From NCBI RefSeq assembly GCF_030144855.1, contig NC_082722.1:20832001-20896000 (forward strand): a stretch of DNA of 64,000 nt. Direction: 5' to 3'. The stretch comes from Hypanus sabinus (lineage: Eukaryota). The notes under the pieces were generated by a model, which had not been told where the DNA came from, ran no database searches, and worked only from the letters and a program-made list of their open reading frames with translations. A program made the translations under genes and the position numbers. Shown in pieces: positions 63,888 through 64,000 of this stretch (its first letter is position 1; each line of letters starts with the position of its first letter).

Positions 63888-64000
63888 GTTGGCTAGTGGA
63901 TAAGGCATCGGTATAGTGACCTCAAACTCATTAGTTCGAGCCTCAGTGAGGCAGCGTGTTATGTCCTTGAGCAAGCACTTAACAACACATTGCTCTGCGA
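63888..64000 (+). mobile_element. tRNA-derived SINE head, runs off the window
   Basis: Box A-like TGGCTAGTGG, box B-like GTTCGAGCC, then gtccttgagcaagcacttaac; no tRNA cloverleaf end. Confidence 0.65.

Noticed and set aside
63888-63950. Possible tRNA gene
   Set aside because: Has A and B boxes but continues into SINE body sequence with no acceptor stem
1-64000. CRISPR arrays, rRNA or prokaryotic defence systems
   Set aside because: No regularly spaced repeats or operon-like ORFs; sequence is intron-containing vertebrate DNA

Overview
Repeat-rich vertebrate genomic DNA, most likely a cartilaginous fish (inferred from the CR1, Penelope, Rex-Babar, V-SINE and Gmr1-like repeat set). The window is largely a big inverted segmental duplication: left arm about 1-32,900, right arm about 49,750-63,820, spacer about 17 kb. 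Each arm carries one copy of a divergently transcribed immunoglobulin-superfamily receptor gene with the layout leader, germline-joined VJ-type V domain, C1-set domain, transmembrane segment and cytoplasmic tail, with no RSS. Gene A (minus strand, 101-5103, six exons, 307 aa) has an uncharged TM and an ITIM-like IQYCTI tail. Gene B (plus strand, from 57389) has an Asp in the TM and a truncated tail. Their V exons differ far more than their C1 exons or intron 1. The rest is nested mobile DNA: many CR1 fragments, two Rex-Babar LINEs each split by a Penelope insertion, an L1 split by CR1 copies, a Gmr1-like Gypsy LTR element lacking RT/IN, Chapaev3-like and Tc1-like remnants, SINEs, and one apparently intact minimal hammerhead ribozyme. 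Exon structures are manual predictions and repeat boundaries are approximate.
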